Counted from the stretch's first letter, positions 48,650 to 59,678 are shown. The stretch is DNA of 64,000 bases from Terriglobia bacterium (GCA_963695545.1 OY968796.1:2816001-2880000); one strand, 5' to 3'. A program made the numbers and translations. Notes: a model not told the origin generated them from the sequence alone.

Positions 48650-51600
48650 TTACTCGACGGAGGCGTCGGCGCCGGGACGAACAAGAACCATCGAGCATCC
48701 GCTGTCAGGCTCGCAATCGAGAATGCCGTGGACGAGCAGGCGCGTGGGGCCGTCGTCCGGAAAAGGAAGGTCAAATTTAGCGGCTTCGAGCGCGGCATCG
48801 GCGTTCTTGAGCAGATCGGAGCCGCTGACAAATTTCACGCTGACGACTTTCGGCGACGGCGAGCCGGGGGCGAGCAGCAGAAAAAATTCGGCGCTGGCGT
48901 GCTCTTTGACAATTCGAGCGACGGTAACGGTGCGCATCAGCGAAATCACGCCGGGATCGGTGCCAAAATGTGATTCGTTCTTGCTGAGGAGTACGTCGAG
49001 GCGCGCCCGTGTCCCACTTGGCGGAGACCCCGTGTCGATTGCCCACCCATAGGCTTCGATGGCTTTCTGCCTCGCGCCCATTTTTTCGTAGATCTGGCCG
49101 AGATGATCGGCGTCGGTCGAATCCTGGTACATACTCCAAGCCGAGCGGCAATATTTTTCGGCTAGATCGTAGTGGCCCAAACGGAATTGGATCCAACCGA
49201 GAGTATCCCACGTGGCGGACAAGAGGTTCATCGTCCCCTTGTCTTTGTCGACGATGTTATCGAGAGAGATCGCGGCGGAATCGGACTCGAGTTGCGCGAC
49301 GGCCTTCTGAGCCCATTGGAGGGATTCGTCGAGCTTCAGATTGTTGTCGGCCAGATACCAAGCGGCATCGTTGAGCGTTTCGGGCGAGGGATCGATCGCG
49401 ACGGCTTGCTCGAGGGCGGCGGCGCCGGCATCGGAGTTGAGGGTGTAGATATGGGCTTCTCCGAGTTGCAGGAGCAGAGCGGCGTTGTGCGGATTATTCT
49501 TTACGGCGCTTTCGGCTTGTTGGAGAGCGTCGGGATAGCGCTTCATGTCGAGAAGCGCGGCGTCGATCGCGAGCAGCGCTTCCGGATCCGTTGGCTTTGA
49601 CTTTTCGAGTTCGGCGATAATTTCGAGCGCCAAGTCGTCTTTGTGCATGTTCGCAAGTTGCGTTGCGGTGGTCGCGTAATACGCGGCGGGAGCCGGGTCG
49701 AGATCGATGGCTTTTTTAATTTCGTCGGCGCCGGAGTCTAAGGCGCCGATACGAATGTCGGAATAGCCCAACAAGCTCCATGCGAATGCGAAATTCGGAT
49801 CCGCAGCGACAGCTTCGCGGAGATCCTGGATGCCCGTTGCCCAATCGCCGCGCCGTTCGGCGTCTGTCGCAAGTTGGCTCAAGTTGCGGGCCTCGGGGTT
49901 GCCGGTAGTGTCGACGCCGGACGCGGACACGGGCGCGGACGGCGCATACACGGCGAACAGTTTGGCCTCGTCATCGGTGACCGACTTCACGAACTTGCGG
50001 TAGGCATCGAACTCCGAAGGGGCAAGCATATCGACCTTGACGACTTCGGGGCGTTCGGCATGCCAGACGCTGTTGGAAAACGTAAACGATGAGTGGTATT
50101 CGGCGAAATCGTTGTTGAGGTCCACCGCGGCGGGCAATTCCGGATTCGTGCCTTCGGGGAGGTGCACATCGGCGGTTAAGGACTCGGTCATCGTGCCCAG
50201 GCGGATGGATGTGGCCGGCGCATCGGCGCCTTCCGGGATGATGGTGAGATCCACTTCGGGCAACGGCGGGGAGATTTGGTTGTCGTCCCAGGGCTGGTAG
50301 TGGTCGCGAGCGTAGCTGTAATCGAACTCAAACGGCGTGGCCGTGGAGTCGGGCGGGGTGGCGGTGGCGTCGCTGACGGTGCCGCCGAAATCCCACGCTT
50401 GCGAAATGCGTTGGACCAAGTCGTTCCACTGCGATTGGCCGGTTCGCCGGAAATCATCGCGGAAGGCAACCTCAAAATCGCCGCGAATGCTTACGTGCAT
50501 CTTGCTCTTGACCGCGCCGGTGCTGTCGATCGTGCTGTCGGCATGGAAATTGAAAAAGGACGCGAAAGGCGGGTCGGCGGGGGTGACAACCATCTGCATG
50601 GGCCCGGCGTCCGGGACAATCATGGCCTTTTTATTTCTGATGGTCACGCTGAGGTAACCGAGCGGCGCAACGCCGGGAGTCGTGTCAAGGAAAAGAAAAC
50701 CGCTGGCCTGAGGAATGGCGGTGATTACGTGGTCAAACATCATCGGCGAGGGAAGCGTGGTATCCAAGGTTCCAGCGGAATCCATGAGCGCGGGGTAAGC
50801 CTTGATGTTTTCGGCGGCGAGCAACGCGGCGAACAGGGTGTGCTTGTCCTTGCAATCGCCGAAACCGTTCTCGAGGACATCCGAGGCCGAGTGCGGCTGG
50901 TAGCGTCCGATGCCGAGTGAAATTCCGATGTACCGGAATTTCGTGGAGACGTAATCGTAGAGAATCTGGATTTTTTCGGCGTCGGTCTTGGCGCCGGCGG
51001 TGAGCGCGTCAGCTTTGGCTTTGACGTCAGGCGTCGGCACGGCGCGGGGCGCGGCCAAGCCGCGGAACCATTGGCCCACCTGGTCCCAGCTATCGAACGA
51101 AGAAATCAGAATGTCGGGAGGGGGCGCGAGTCCGATTTGAGGCGCAGGAGTTTTCTTGCCGGAGTCGGCGTCCGAAAGATTCGACGACTTCCAATCGTAG
51201 ACGCTGTTCGCGCCGTCCAGAGTGACGGTCGGTTGAACGTCGATCGATTTGAAATTGACGTGGCGATTCTTCGGTGCGATGAAACGTAACTCTTCCGAAA
51301 GGACGATTGCACCTTTCGTGAAATTGTAAAAGTACCAGAATTGGCCGGGGTCGAGCGGCGCCGTGTCGCGCACGACTGTTTGGTACTCAAGCGTGTCGCC
51401 GGCCTCGAGGCCTCGCACGGCGAGCTGTTTTTCCTGGAGGTCACTGTACTCGGGGGCTTCGCGGGTGACGTCGGCGGGAATGGCAAGCGCGTCGGCGGGG
51501 TCGGTGGTGACGACTCGACCATCGGGTTTTGTGACCTTCACGGAGACGAAATCCGCGGCGGAACTGGCCGAGGCATACTGGATGTCCAAATTGCCGAAGG

Positions 51601-51871
51601 CTTGAACTCCGGCCGCGGATTGAATGCGGGCGCGCGCGGAATTCTCGACGGTGCAGATTGCGTTGGCGTCGCACGTGATCGTGGTTAGCCACTTTTCGAG
51701 GACCAACGGCTGGTTGGAGTAGTCCGGGGCTTTGGCCGCGGCGGCGGGTGCGGCCTGGGCGGCGGACTCGGTTTGAGGCGCGGGAGTTTGCGCTGCCTGA
51801 ATGTCGCCGATCGCGGCCAGCGAAACGCAGAGACATGCGATTGTTGCCATGCGCGACAACGTGGTGATCAA
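48650..51871 (-). CDS. DUF3857 / transglutaminase-like / TPR protein
   Basis: GDCKDKH, FDHVI and LDTT form a Cys-His-Asp triad; C-terminal TPR repeats; signal peptide. The start may be ATG 51850. Confidence 0.85.
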   Translation of the reverse strand: MITTLSRMATIACLCVSLAAIGDIQAAQTPAPQTESAAQAAPAAAAKAPDYSNQPLVLEKWLTTITCDANAICTVENSARARIQSAAGVQAFGNLDIQYASASSAADFVSVKVTKPDGRVVTTDPADALAIPADVTREAPEYSDLQEKQLAVRGLEAGDTLEYQTVVRDTAPLDPGQFWYFYNFTKGAIVLSEELRFIAPKNRHVNFKSIDVQPTVTLDGANSVYDWKSSNLSDADSGKKTPAPQIGLAPPPDILISSFDSWDQVGQWFRGLAAPRAVPTPDVKAKADALTAGAKTDAEKIQILYDYVSTKFRYIGISLGIGRYQPHSASDVLENGFGDCKDKHTLFAALLAAENIKAYPALMDSAGTLDTTLPSPMMFDHVITAIPQASGFLFLDTTPGVAPLGYLSVTIRNKKAMIVPDAGPMQMVVTPADPPFASFFNFHADSTIDSTGAVKSKMHVSIRGDFEVAFRDDFRRTGQSQWNDLVQRISQAWDFGGTVSDATATPPDSTATPFEFDYSYARDHYQPWDDNQISPPLPEVDLTIIPEGADAPATSIRLGTMTESLTADVHLPEGTNPELPAAVDLNNDFAEYHSSFTFSNSVWHAERPEVVKVDMLAPSEFDAYRKFVKSVTDDEAKLFAVYAPSAPVSASGVDTTGNPEARNLSQLATDAERRGDWATGIQDLREAVAADPNFAFAWSLLGYSDIRIGALDSGADEIKKAIDLDPAPAAYYATTATQLANMHKDDLALEIIAELEKSKPTDPEALLAIDAALLDMKRYPDALQQAESAVKNNPHNAALLLQLGEAHIYTLNSDAGAAALEQAVAIDPSPETLNDAAWYLADNNLKLDESLQWAQKAVAQLESDSAAISLDNIVDKDKGTMNLLSATWDTLGWIQFRLGHYDLAEKYCRSAWSMYQDSTDADHLGQIYEKMGARQKAIEAYGWAIDTGSPPSGTRARLDVLLSKNESHFGTDPGVISLMRTVTVARIVKEHASAEFFLLLAPGSPSPKVVSVKFVSGSDLLKNADAALEAAKFDLPFPDDGPTRLLVHGILDCEPDSGCSMVLVRPGADASVE

Positions 51872-51958
51872 GCGACCCTCAATACTGCCGATATAATTAC
51901 GTGGCGGGATTCTACCCGGAAACTTTGCGACTGGCTAGCGGCGCGGGATTCGGGCAAT

Positions 51959-51993
51959 AAAAAGCCCGCTCACCGGTCGGCGATGAGCGGGCT
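51959..51993 (-). terminator. Intrinsic terminator
   Basis: AGCCCGCTCA/TGAGCGGGCT stem followed by TTTTT on the minus strand. Confidence 0.75.
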
Positions 51994-52038
51994 CGATTCC
52001 ACGCGGAGTCTAAGACGTTCCGCGCGGTACAACGCTGA

Positions 52039-52563
52039 TTAAAGCAATGCGCTCGGCGCGGTCCAGTAGAGCGCTGCGCTTACTTGGACGGCGGGGCCGT
52101 CGCGGTTCCGGGCTCGATATCGACCGTTCAGGCCGGGAAGCACGTTGACGCGCTCCTGATAGAACGTGTGACCGCTGGGATCGCGCAGTTCGATATCGTG
52201 CGCGCCGGCTTTGAGCGGGAAATTCTTGAGCTTGCCGGACAGGCCAGCGTAGCCGCCGTCAACGTAAACCAAGGCGTCCTTGGCCTGCATATCGAGCTTC
52301 ACGTGTCCGGTGCCGGTATAGGCGCCGTCGCCGCGATACCCGTAGTAACCATAGCCATAGGGACCCCAGTAAAGGCCGGGGCCGTAGAACCAGCCGGGTC
52401 CATAGAAACCGAATCCTATAGACGGTCCGTAGAAGCCTCCGCCAAAGCCTCCGCGGAACCCTCCGCGGAACCCTCCGCCGAAACGTTGAGCCGAAGCCGT
52501 GGGAACCATCAGCGCCATCGCAAACAAGCCAATCGCCGACATTTTAAGAATTCGGGAAATCAT
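52039..52563 (-). CDS. Secreted Gly/Tyr-rich PEGA domain protein (probable frameshift near the C-terminus)
   Basis: Signal peptide, GGFR repeats and ALVYVDGGYAG..LKAGAHDIEL. Confidence 0.75.
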   Translation of the reverse strand: MISRILKMSAIGLFAMALMVPTASAQRFGGGFRGGFRGGFGGGFYGPSIGFGFYGPGWFYGPGLYWGPYGYGYYGYRGDGAYTGTGHVKLDMQAKDALVYVDGGYAGLSGKLKNFPLKAGAHDIELRDPSGHTFYQERVNVLPGLNGRYRARNRDGPAVQVSAALYWTAPSALL

Positions 52564-52700
52564 ACTTGGCCTCCCTTCCTTCCTGCTTCCGAGCGCGATA
52601 CCTTGTGAGCTTCCTTCGTGGCGATCGCCGGCTTTTATCGCGTCCAGTAACTTTGATGCGGGGATGTTCGGAGGAGTTTCCTCGGTGCGTGCCGCGTGTT

Positions 52701-53798
52701 TCAGAGCTTCGGATCCCAGTTGTCTGCGCCGCGAAGGAATTTGCGAGGGGCGAACTGCGCGGCCTCTGAAGCCGTGAGCATTTTTTCCTGGGGTATGCGC
52801 GCGGATGGGGCCGCTGAGTTCGGACCGCCCGCGGAGGCGGCGTGGGGCGCGCCGTCGCCGAACGACCCATACTCGGCGTAGAAGGCGTTGGTCAGGCCGG
52901 ACCTGCCATCGTGCATCCATTCAACCCATCCAGCAGGGTCGATGTGGCCGCCCATGTCGGTCGCGAGAAACACGACGAAGGCGTATAGACGCCAGGGGCG
53001 ACGGAGATAAACATCGGTGACGCCCGGATCGGCGGTGAGCATGCAGTGGTCGAAAACGTAGCCGCTATCTTCGGCGGGATAGAGGCGGCTCTGCGCGGTG
53101 ATCGAATCGATCTCGTGAGGACGACTGTGGATTTCGCAGCGCTCGAAAACGGCTTTGGCGTCGCCGAAGATGAAGTCAACGGTGCCGGCGATGTAGGAAT
53201 CGGAATAAAGTTGGCGCGAGGCAGCGCATGGAGAAGTGCCGCTGCGACACGTTTTACTGTCGGCGTACAGGCTGTCCTGGCGGGCCACGATGCGAACGTG
53301 GCGGAAGATATCGCGGTCGCCGGTGACGTGCAGCGCGACGGCCTGCGCGTCAACATTTACGTCGGGATGCTCGTCGCTGAAAGTGTTCTGGAAGGTGATA
53401 TTTTCCGCGAGGAAGTCGTCGCCGGTGACGGTGGTGCTGGCGGAGCCGAAAGTCGAGCCGACGTCGTGGTGGCTCAAATCGTAGGTGAGCACGACCCGGC
53501 TGGGGTCTTTCCCCAGGCCAATTAGAGTGACGTGCGGCTTATCGATGTGAATTTGTTCGCGATATGTTCCGGAGTGTATGTGAATCACGCCGCCTGTGGC
53601 CGGGAGCGCATCGACGGCTTGCTGGACGGTTTTGAAATCCCCGGCGCCCGATGCGTCGACCGTGAAAGTCGATCGCGACCAACCCGTGGGCGTCTGGGAC
53701 TCGGGCGAGTCTGCGGCGCCGTGGGAAAATGCGACCATGGCGGAGCAGACGACTCCGCAGGCGACTAGTGCTAGCCGCGCTCTTCGTTGTGAACTCAT
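52701..53798 (-). CDS. Pectin methylesterase (CE8)
   Basis: GDFKTVQQAV, GTYRE, QAVAL, QDSLY, GTVDFIFG and RPW motifs. Confidence 0.92.
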   Translation of the reverse strand: MSSQRRARLALVACGVVCSAMVAFSHGAADSPESQTPTGWSRSTFTVDASGAGDFKTVQQAVDALPATGGVIHIHSGTYREQIHIDKPHVTLIGLGKDPSRVVLTYDLSHHDVGSTFGSASTTVTGDDFLAENITFQNTFSDEHPDVNVDAQAVALHVTGDRDIFRHVRIVARQDSLYADSKTCRSGTSPCAASRQLYSDSYIAGTVDFIFGDAKAVFERCEIHSRPHEIDSITAQSRLYPAEDSGYVFDHCMLTADPGVTDVYLRRPWRLYAFVVFLATDMGGHIDPAGWVEWMHDGRSGLTNAFYAEYGSFGDGAPHAASAGGPNSAAPSARIPQEKMLTASEAAQFAPRKFLRGADNWDPKL

Positions 53799-54223
53799 GC
53801 GCGCGATCGAGGGCTCAGAGCAAGGCCGCCTGAGTGCTCAAAGGATATTTTCATCCCGCGTTCGCTCCATTGAATATGCTTTGAGAAATTCGCCGGGCCT
53901 ATCAAGCAGGATAGCGGAGACCGCGGCGCGCCGTCGGAAACAGGTGGGAGGGGATTGCCTCTGCCGACCGCCATACAAATATATGCCGGCGCGGGGCGCA
54001 TCGATACGGTTCGAGCGAGGCGATGTTTGGAATCGGTCAATGGACCTCGAAGAATCTGTATTCAGTTCGGTTTCGCGCGCGGAGAGCCCTTCGGATGGCA
54101 GCGCGCATTCATGCGCTGACGGGTTGGTTCCAATGTACGGGCAGTGACTTACTGCATCGCGGTTGCGTGCTGCCCGCGCGCCGCCTATGATTTCGTTGCG
54201 ATACTCGACCGCGCACAAGGAGC

Positions 54224-54811
54224 GTGCCAGTGAACGCGAAAATGAAAAGATGCGGATGTGGAATCGGACTGCTGCTTGCGCTGATCGGCGTCGCGACGAT
54301 GGGCGCGGCGGCGCAGATGGCGGGCGGGCAATCTGCGGCGCCGACGCAAGCCCCGCCGATGGCGGCGCAAGCCACGCCGGCGCAGCTTTCCTTGACCGGC
54401 GAGGTGACGCAAGAGCTGCACCTTTCGGGCGCGGATCTGAAGGCGCTGCCGCGTACGAGTGTGACCGCGACGGACGCGCACGAGAAGCAAACGCATGTGT
54501 TCGAGGGCGTGACGCTGCAAGAACTCCTGAAGAGCGCGGGAGTGCTCACTGGCGAGGCTCTTCGCGGCAAAGGACTGGCGATGTGCGTTGTGGCGGGCGC
54601 ATCGGACGGTTATCACGCCGTTTATTCACTCGGCGAGCTTGATCCGAGCATCGGCGGCGAGATGGTTTTGGTGGCCGACACAGTCGATGGGCAGCCGATC
54701 CCTGCGGGGCAAGGCCCACTGCGACTCGTCGTTCCGAGCGACAAGCGCCCCGCTCGCTGGGTCCGGATGCTACAAAGCCTCACCGTAGTTTCGGTTTCCG
54801 CTGGGAAATAG
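54224..54811 (+). CDS. Exported molybdopterin-oxidoreductase-like domain protein
   Basis: FEGVTL, ASDGY and GPLRLVVP..RPARWVR motifs. Confidence 0.75.
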   Translation: MPVNAKMKRCGCGIGLLLALIGVATMGAAAQMAGGQSAAPTQAPPMAAQATPAQLSLTGEVTQELHLSGADLKALPRTSVTATDAHEKQTHVFEGVTLQELLKSAGVLTGEALRGKGLAMCVVAGASDGYHAVYSLGELDPSIGGEMVLVADTVDGQPIPAGQGPLRLVVPSDKRPARWVRMLQSLTVVSVSAGK

Positions 54812-54873
54812 CGGCGATTCGGCGGATGTGGCCGTGTGCCGCCGACGCAAAGCGCTCGCGCTCACAGAAACTC

Positions 54874-56499
54874 CTACGGGTTTGACGGAGGCTGAGCCGG
54901 CGTCTGCGCCGGGGCCGAAGGCGGCGGGACAGCCGGCGAATCCGGCGGCGGATTGGTCGGCTGAGACGGGTACTTCCCGGACAACGAAGCGGCCGCGGGT
55001 AACTGCGAGGAATTCCAGCCGCCGCCGAGCGCCTCGATCAATTGCACGTTGGCGTCCATGGCTTGTTCGCGAAGATTGACGGCGGTCTGCTGATTCGTAA
55101 ACAGAGTTGTTTGCGCCGTGATCACGTCGAGATAGGGATCGAGTCCCAACTTATAGCGATTCGTGGCGACCTGCAGATAGTTCACCGAGGATTTCACGGC
55201 ATCGTCCTGCTGCACAACTTCTTCAGAAAGAATGCGAAGAGACGAGAGGTTATCCTCGACCTGCTGGATTGCCGTCAGCACCGTCTGGCGGTAATTCGCG
55301 ACGCTTTCCTGAAATTGGGCGACGTACTGTTGCACGGTGGCGCGGCGCAGTCCGCCGTCGAAAATTGTTTCGGAAATCGTGGGTCCAACCGACCAGGCGC
55401 GGCTGGGCCAAGCGAGCAAGTTCGCGAGCGAGGAGCTTTGGAATCCGGCCTCGGCCGTGATCGTGAGAGTCGGGAAGTACGCGGCGCGCCCGACGCCGAT
55501 CTCGGCGTTGGCTTGAGCTACGAGCCGCTCATCTTGGGCAATATCCGGGCGCCGTTCAAGAAGCTGCGAAGGCACGCCGACGGGAATCGGCGGCGGCGAT
55601 TGTTTCAGTGGCTCGGCCGGAATCGAAAACGTCGAAGCAGGTTGGCCAGTCAGTGTGGCGATCGCGTGTTCGTATTGCGCCCTGAGTATGCCGAGGTTGG
55701 TGGCTTCGGCTTCGGCTGTGTCGAGCTGCGTTTGCGCCTGGGCCACGGCCTCTTCATTCTGAATTCCCGTGTTGTAAAGAACTTGATTCAACCGCAGAGA
55801 TTCCTTGTACGCCGCTACCGTGTCATTGAATAACTGGATTAGGGAATCCTGGCCTCGCAACTCGAAATAATCCACGGCGAGATCCGCGTGCGCCGTGAGG
55901 CGCAGGTTTTCAAGGTCCGCGGCGTCTGCTTGCGCGCCATACTGCGCGGCGCGCACCGTGTTGCGAACGCGGCCGAATAAATCCGGCGTCCACGAGGCGT
56001 CAATGGGAAGCGAAAACTCCGCTTCCGTTCCCGTTGACTTCGACGCGACGAAACCACTCGACGTAGACGCGCCCGCGTTGGCCGAAGGTTTGCCGACGGT
56101 GAGGCCCGGCGCCACAGAAATGGTGGGGAAGTACTGCGAGCGAGCTTCTCTGACGAGAGAGCGCGCGGCGAGGAAGTTTGCGAAAGCCGAGGCCACGTTC
56201 TGGTTCGAGATGTCGACTTTTTCTTCGAGCGAGTTGAGCTCGGGATCGTCGTAGATTTCCCACCATTTGTCGCGAATCGCGGCGTCGCTCGGCTGCGCTT
56301 CTTTCCAGATGCCGGCGGCGGTTGAGTCCGCGGGAGCGAGTTCCTTATAGGCGGGAGGTGCAGCCGCACTTGGCTGGTGGTAGTGAGGGGCGACATTGCA
56401 CCCGGCCACCAGGACGGCGATCGCCAACGCCGACACCAGCCGAAGCGTCCGGATATCCCGGCGTTGGCTATCTCGATGGACTCGGCTCACGATCTGCAT
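54874..56499 (-). CDS. RND efflux outer membrane lipoprotein (NodT/OprM family)
   Basis: Lipobox VAGC, WWEIYDDPELN, LLERRPDI and ALGGGW. Confidence 0.93.
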   Translation of the reverse strand: MQIVSRVHRDSQRRDIRTLRLVSALAIAVLVAGCNVAPHYHQPSAAAPPAYKELAPADSTAAGIWKEAQPSDAAIRDKWWEIYDDPELNSLEEKVDISNQNVASAFANFLAARSLVREARSQYFPTISVAPGLTVGKPSANAGASTSSGFVASKSTGTEAEFSLPIDASWTPDLFGRVRNTVRAAQYGAQADAADLENLRLTAHADLAVDYFELRGQDSLIQLFNDTVAAYKESLRLNQVLYNTGIQNEEAVAQAQTQLDTAEAEATNLGILRAQYEHAIATLTGQPASTFSIPAEPLKQSPPPIPVGVPSQLLERRPDIAQDERLVAQANAEIGVGRAAYFPTLTITAEAGFQSSSLANLLAWPSRAWSVGPTISETIFDGGLRRATVQQYVAQFQESVANYRQTVLTAIQQVEDNLSSLRILSEEVVQQDDAVKSSVNYLQVATNRYKLGLDPYLDVITAQTTLFTNQQTAVNLREQAMDANVQLIEALGGGWNSSQLPAAASLSGKYPSQPTNPPPDSPAVPPPSAPAQTPAQPPSNP

Positions 56500-56548
56500 C
56501 TCGATTTTCCCCGTAATTCGACGTTGTTGGTCATAAGATGCGCGCCCA

Positions 56549-59500
56549 TTAGTCCGCAGGTTGCGGCGAAGGCGCGGCCGAAGGCGCTTGCATGCCGGGG
56601 TGGCGCTTGCCTTCCCACCATAGACGCATGCGATCCATATAAAGATAGACGACCGGCGTGGTGTACAACGTGAGCATCTGGCTGAAGATCAGACCGCCGA
56701 CGATGGTGATGCCCAGGGGACGCCGCAATTCCGATCCAACGCCATGATTGATCACCAGAGGCAGTGCGCCGAACAACGCGGCCGCGGTGGTCATCAGAAT
56801 CGGCCGGAAGCGCAGGAGGCACGCCTGGTAAATGGCATCGCGCGGGCTCATACCTTCGCGGCGCTCGGCCGCCAGCGCGAAATCGATCATCAGAATGGCG
56901 TTCTTCTTGACGATTCCGATCAGCAGGATGAGTCCGATGATTGCGATGACGCTGAGGTCGGTCTTGAAAATCATCAACGCCAGAACGGCGCCGACGCCGG
57001 CCGACGGAATCGTCGAAAGGATGGTGATGGGGTGGATGAAACTTTCATAGAGAATCCCGAGCACAATGTAGACCGCGAGCAACGCCGTGATGATCAGCAT
57101 TGGCTCGGTTGACATGGATTGCTGAAAGGCCTGCAGCGTGCCAGAGAACATGCCGGTGATCGTGCTGGGCATGCCGATGTTCTGTTCCATCTGGATGATC
57201 TCACGCGTGGCGTCGCCGAGAGCCACGCCGGGTGCCAGATTGAAGGATACCGTCACCGAAGGGAACTGCCCCTGGTGGTTGACGGACAAAGGCGCCGTGT
57301 TCGGCGCATAACTGCTGACGGCGCTTAGCGGTATCTCTCTCCCGCCGGACGACGAATTCAGGTAGACATTGCTTAAGCCCTGCGGCCCTTGCCAGTACTC
57401 CGGCGCGACCTCCATCACCACGTGATACTGATTAAGCGAAGTGTACATTGTGGAGACCTGCGCCTGCCCGAACGCGTCATAGAGCGCGCTGTCGAGCGAT
57501 TGCGGCGTGACCCCGACTCTCGACGCCGTCGGACGATCGTAAGTGAGAAAGGCTTGCAAGCCGCTATTCTGCTGGTCGGTGTTGACGTCGGTGAGGCCCG
57601 GAATCTTTCGGATATTTTTCAAGAGCTCAGGTCCCCATGTCACGAGGTCCTGAATATTCTCGCTCTGGATCGTGTATTGGTAACCGGCGCTGCTTTGCCT
57701 CCCGCCGATGCGCAAGTCCTGACCGGGCTGCATAAAGACGCTCGCGCCGGGGACGGAAGTCATTGCGGGACGGAGTCGATTGACGACCTGGAGGGCGCTG
57801 ACCTTTCGTTGGTTGAGCGGTTTGAGGCCAATGAACAAGAATCCGCTGTTGGTGGAACCCTGCCCACCGGTGAAGGCCACGACGTTGGCCACGGCGGGAT
57901 CGGCCTTGACGGAGTTGACGAAACCCTGAGTGAGTACGTTCATGGCTTGAAAGGAGATGTCTTGTGCGCCCTGTATGCCGCCTTGGATCGTTCCGTTGTC
58001 CTGCAGGGGGAAATAACCCTTGGGCACGATGATGAGCAGATAGACGTTGACGGTGATCGTGAGCAGCAGGACGGCGAGCGTCAGAGGCGCGTGGCGAAGC
58101 ACCCATTGCAAAGTGTGCTCGTAGAGATTCAGGATAGCGGTAAAAACGCGCTCGCTCGCGTTGTAGAGGCGCCCATGCCTTTCCGTCCCGTGCTCGCGCA
58201 GCAGTTTGGCGCACATCATGGGCGTGGTCGTGAGCGAGATTGCAAGAGACACAGCAATCGCGGCGGAGAGCGTGACGGCGAATTCGCGGAACAACCGCCC
58301 GAGGATGCCGCCCATCAGCAGGATTGGGATGAACACGGCAATCAGCGACAAACTGATCGAAAGCACGGTGAAGCCGATTTCCGCGGCGCCCTTGAGCGCG
58401 GCCTCCTCCGGAGACATGCCCTGCTCGAGATAGCGCGTGATGTTTTCGATCACCACGATCGCGTCGTCCACCACGAAGCCGGTGCAGATGGTCAGCGCCA
58501 TCAGAGATAAATTGTCCAAGCTATACCCGCATAGATACATCACGCCGAACGTGCCGATCAGCGAGGCGGGCACCGCCACGCTCGGAATCAGCGTGGCCCG
58601 GACGTTGCGGAGGAAAACAAACACGACCAGGATCACCAGGCCAATCGCGATCATCAGCGTATCTTCGACATTGCTCACCGACGCGCGGATGGTGGTCGTG
58701 CGGTCGATCACGATCGTCAGATTAATAGCAGCGGGAATCGAAGCTTTAAGCGAAGGCAGCGCCGCGCGAATGCTGTCCACGGTTTGAATGATGTTCGCGC
58801 CGGGCTGTCGAAAGATGATCAGCAACACTCCCGGTTTGCCGTTTATGTAGGCCGCGCTGCGTATGTTTTCCACAGAATCTTCAACATCGGCCACGTCGGA
58901 TAGCTTGATCGCCGCGCCGTTGTGGTAGCCGACGACGAGGGGTTTGTAGTAATTGGCCACCAGGAGTTGATCGTTCGCCAGGATGTCCGCGCTCGTCTGG
59001 CCGTTGGTAATCTGGCCCTTGGGCAGATTCGCATTTTGCTGTTTCAGCATGCTCGCAACGCTTCCGAGGCTGAGACCGTAGCTATTTAGCTGGGTTGGAT
59101 TCACTTCCACACGCACAGCAGGAAGCGCGCCGCCGCCGACATTCACCTGACCCACGCCCTGAACTTGAGACAATCGTTGGGCCATGATCGTGGACGCGGC
59201 GTCATAGAGCGCTCCACGGTCGTACACCTCCGACTGCAGCGCGATGATCATGATTGGCGAATCGGCCGGATTCACCTTGCGATAGCTTGGATTGCTCGGC
59301 AGATTGGCGGGCAGATAGCTGCGCGCTGCGTTGATAGCGGCCTGAACGTCGCGCGCCGCGCCATTGATATCGCGGCTCAAATCGAATTGCAGGGTGACGT
59401 TGGTCGATCCCAAACTGCTCGAAGAGGTCATTTCCGTGATTCCGGAAATGCGGCCGAATTGCCGCTCGAGCGGTGTGGCCACGGCCGAGGCCATGATTTC

Positions 59501-59668
59501 CGGACTGGCGCCCGGCAGGCTCGCGCCCACGGAGATGGTCGGAAAGTCCACCTGCGGCAGCGGCGAAACGGGGAGTTCGATAAACGCCACAGCGCCCGCG
59601 AGCGCGATGGCCGCAGTCAAGAGCGTGGTGGCCACCGGTCTGCGGATGAATGGAGTCGACAGGCTCAT
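56549..59668 (-). CDS. mdtC: RND permease MdtC-like
   Basis: FIRRPVAT, GFVVDDAIV, IVKKNAI and RFRPILMT motifs. Second of the paired permeases. Confidence 0.9.
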   Translation of the reverse strand: MSLSTPFIRRPVATTLLTAAIALAGAVAFIELPVSPLPQVDFPTISVGASLPGASPEIMASAVATPLERQFGRISGITEMTSSSSLGSTNVTLQFDLSRDINGAARDVQAAINAARSYLPANLPSNPSYRKVNPADSPIMIIALQSEVYDRGALYDAASTIMAQRLSQVQGVGQVNVGGGALPAVRVEVNPTQLNSYGLSLGSVASMLKQQNANLPKGQITNGQTSADILANDQLLVANYYKPLVVGYHNGAAIKLSDVADVEDSVENIRSAAYINGKPGVLLIIFRQPGANIIQTVDSIRAALPSLKASIPAAINLTIVIDRTTTIRASVSNVEDTLMIAIGLVILVVFVFLRNVRATLIPSVAVPASLIGTFGVMYLCGYSLDNLSLMALTICTGFVVDDAIVVIENITRYLEQGMSPEEAALKGAAEIGFTVLSISLSLIAVFIPILLMGGILGRLFREFAVTLSAAIAVSLAISLTTTPMMCAKLLREHGTERHGRLYNASERVFTAILNLYEHTLQWVLRHAPLTLAVLLLTITVNVYLLIIVPKGYFPLQDNGTIQGGIQGAQDISFQAMNVLTQGFVNSVKADPAVANVVAFTGGQGSTNSGFLFIGLKPLNQRKVSALQVVNRLRPAMTSVPGASVFMQPGQDLRIGGRQSSAGYQYTIQSENIQDLVTWGPELLKNIRKIPGLTDVNTDQQNSGLQAFLTYDRPTASRVGVTPQSLDSALYDAFGQAQVSTMYTSLNQYHVVMEVAPEYWQGPQGLSNVYLNSSSGGREIPLSAVSSYAPNTAPLSVNHQGQFPSVTVSFNLAPGVALGDATREIIQMEQNIGMPSTITGMFSGTLQAFQQSMSTEPMLIITALLAVYIVLGILYESFIHPITILSTIPSAGVGAVLALMIFKTDLSVIAIIGLILLIGIVKKNAILMIDFALAAERREGMSPRDAIYQACLLRFRPILMTTAAALFGALPLVINHGVGSELRRPLGITIVGGLIFSQMLTLYTTPVVYLYMDRMRLWWEGKRHPGMQAPSAAPSPQPAD

Positions 59669-59678
59669 CGTCGGTTCG

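Noticed and set aside
53800..54223. Moco riboswitch or ModE box before the molybdopterin-like gene
   Set aside because: No recognisable consensus by eye.
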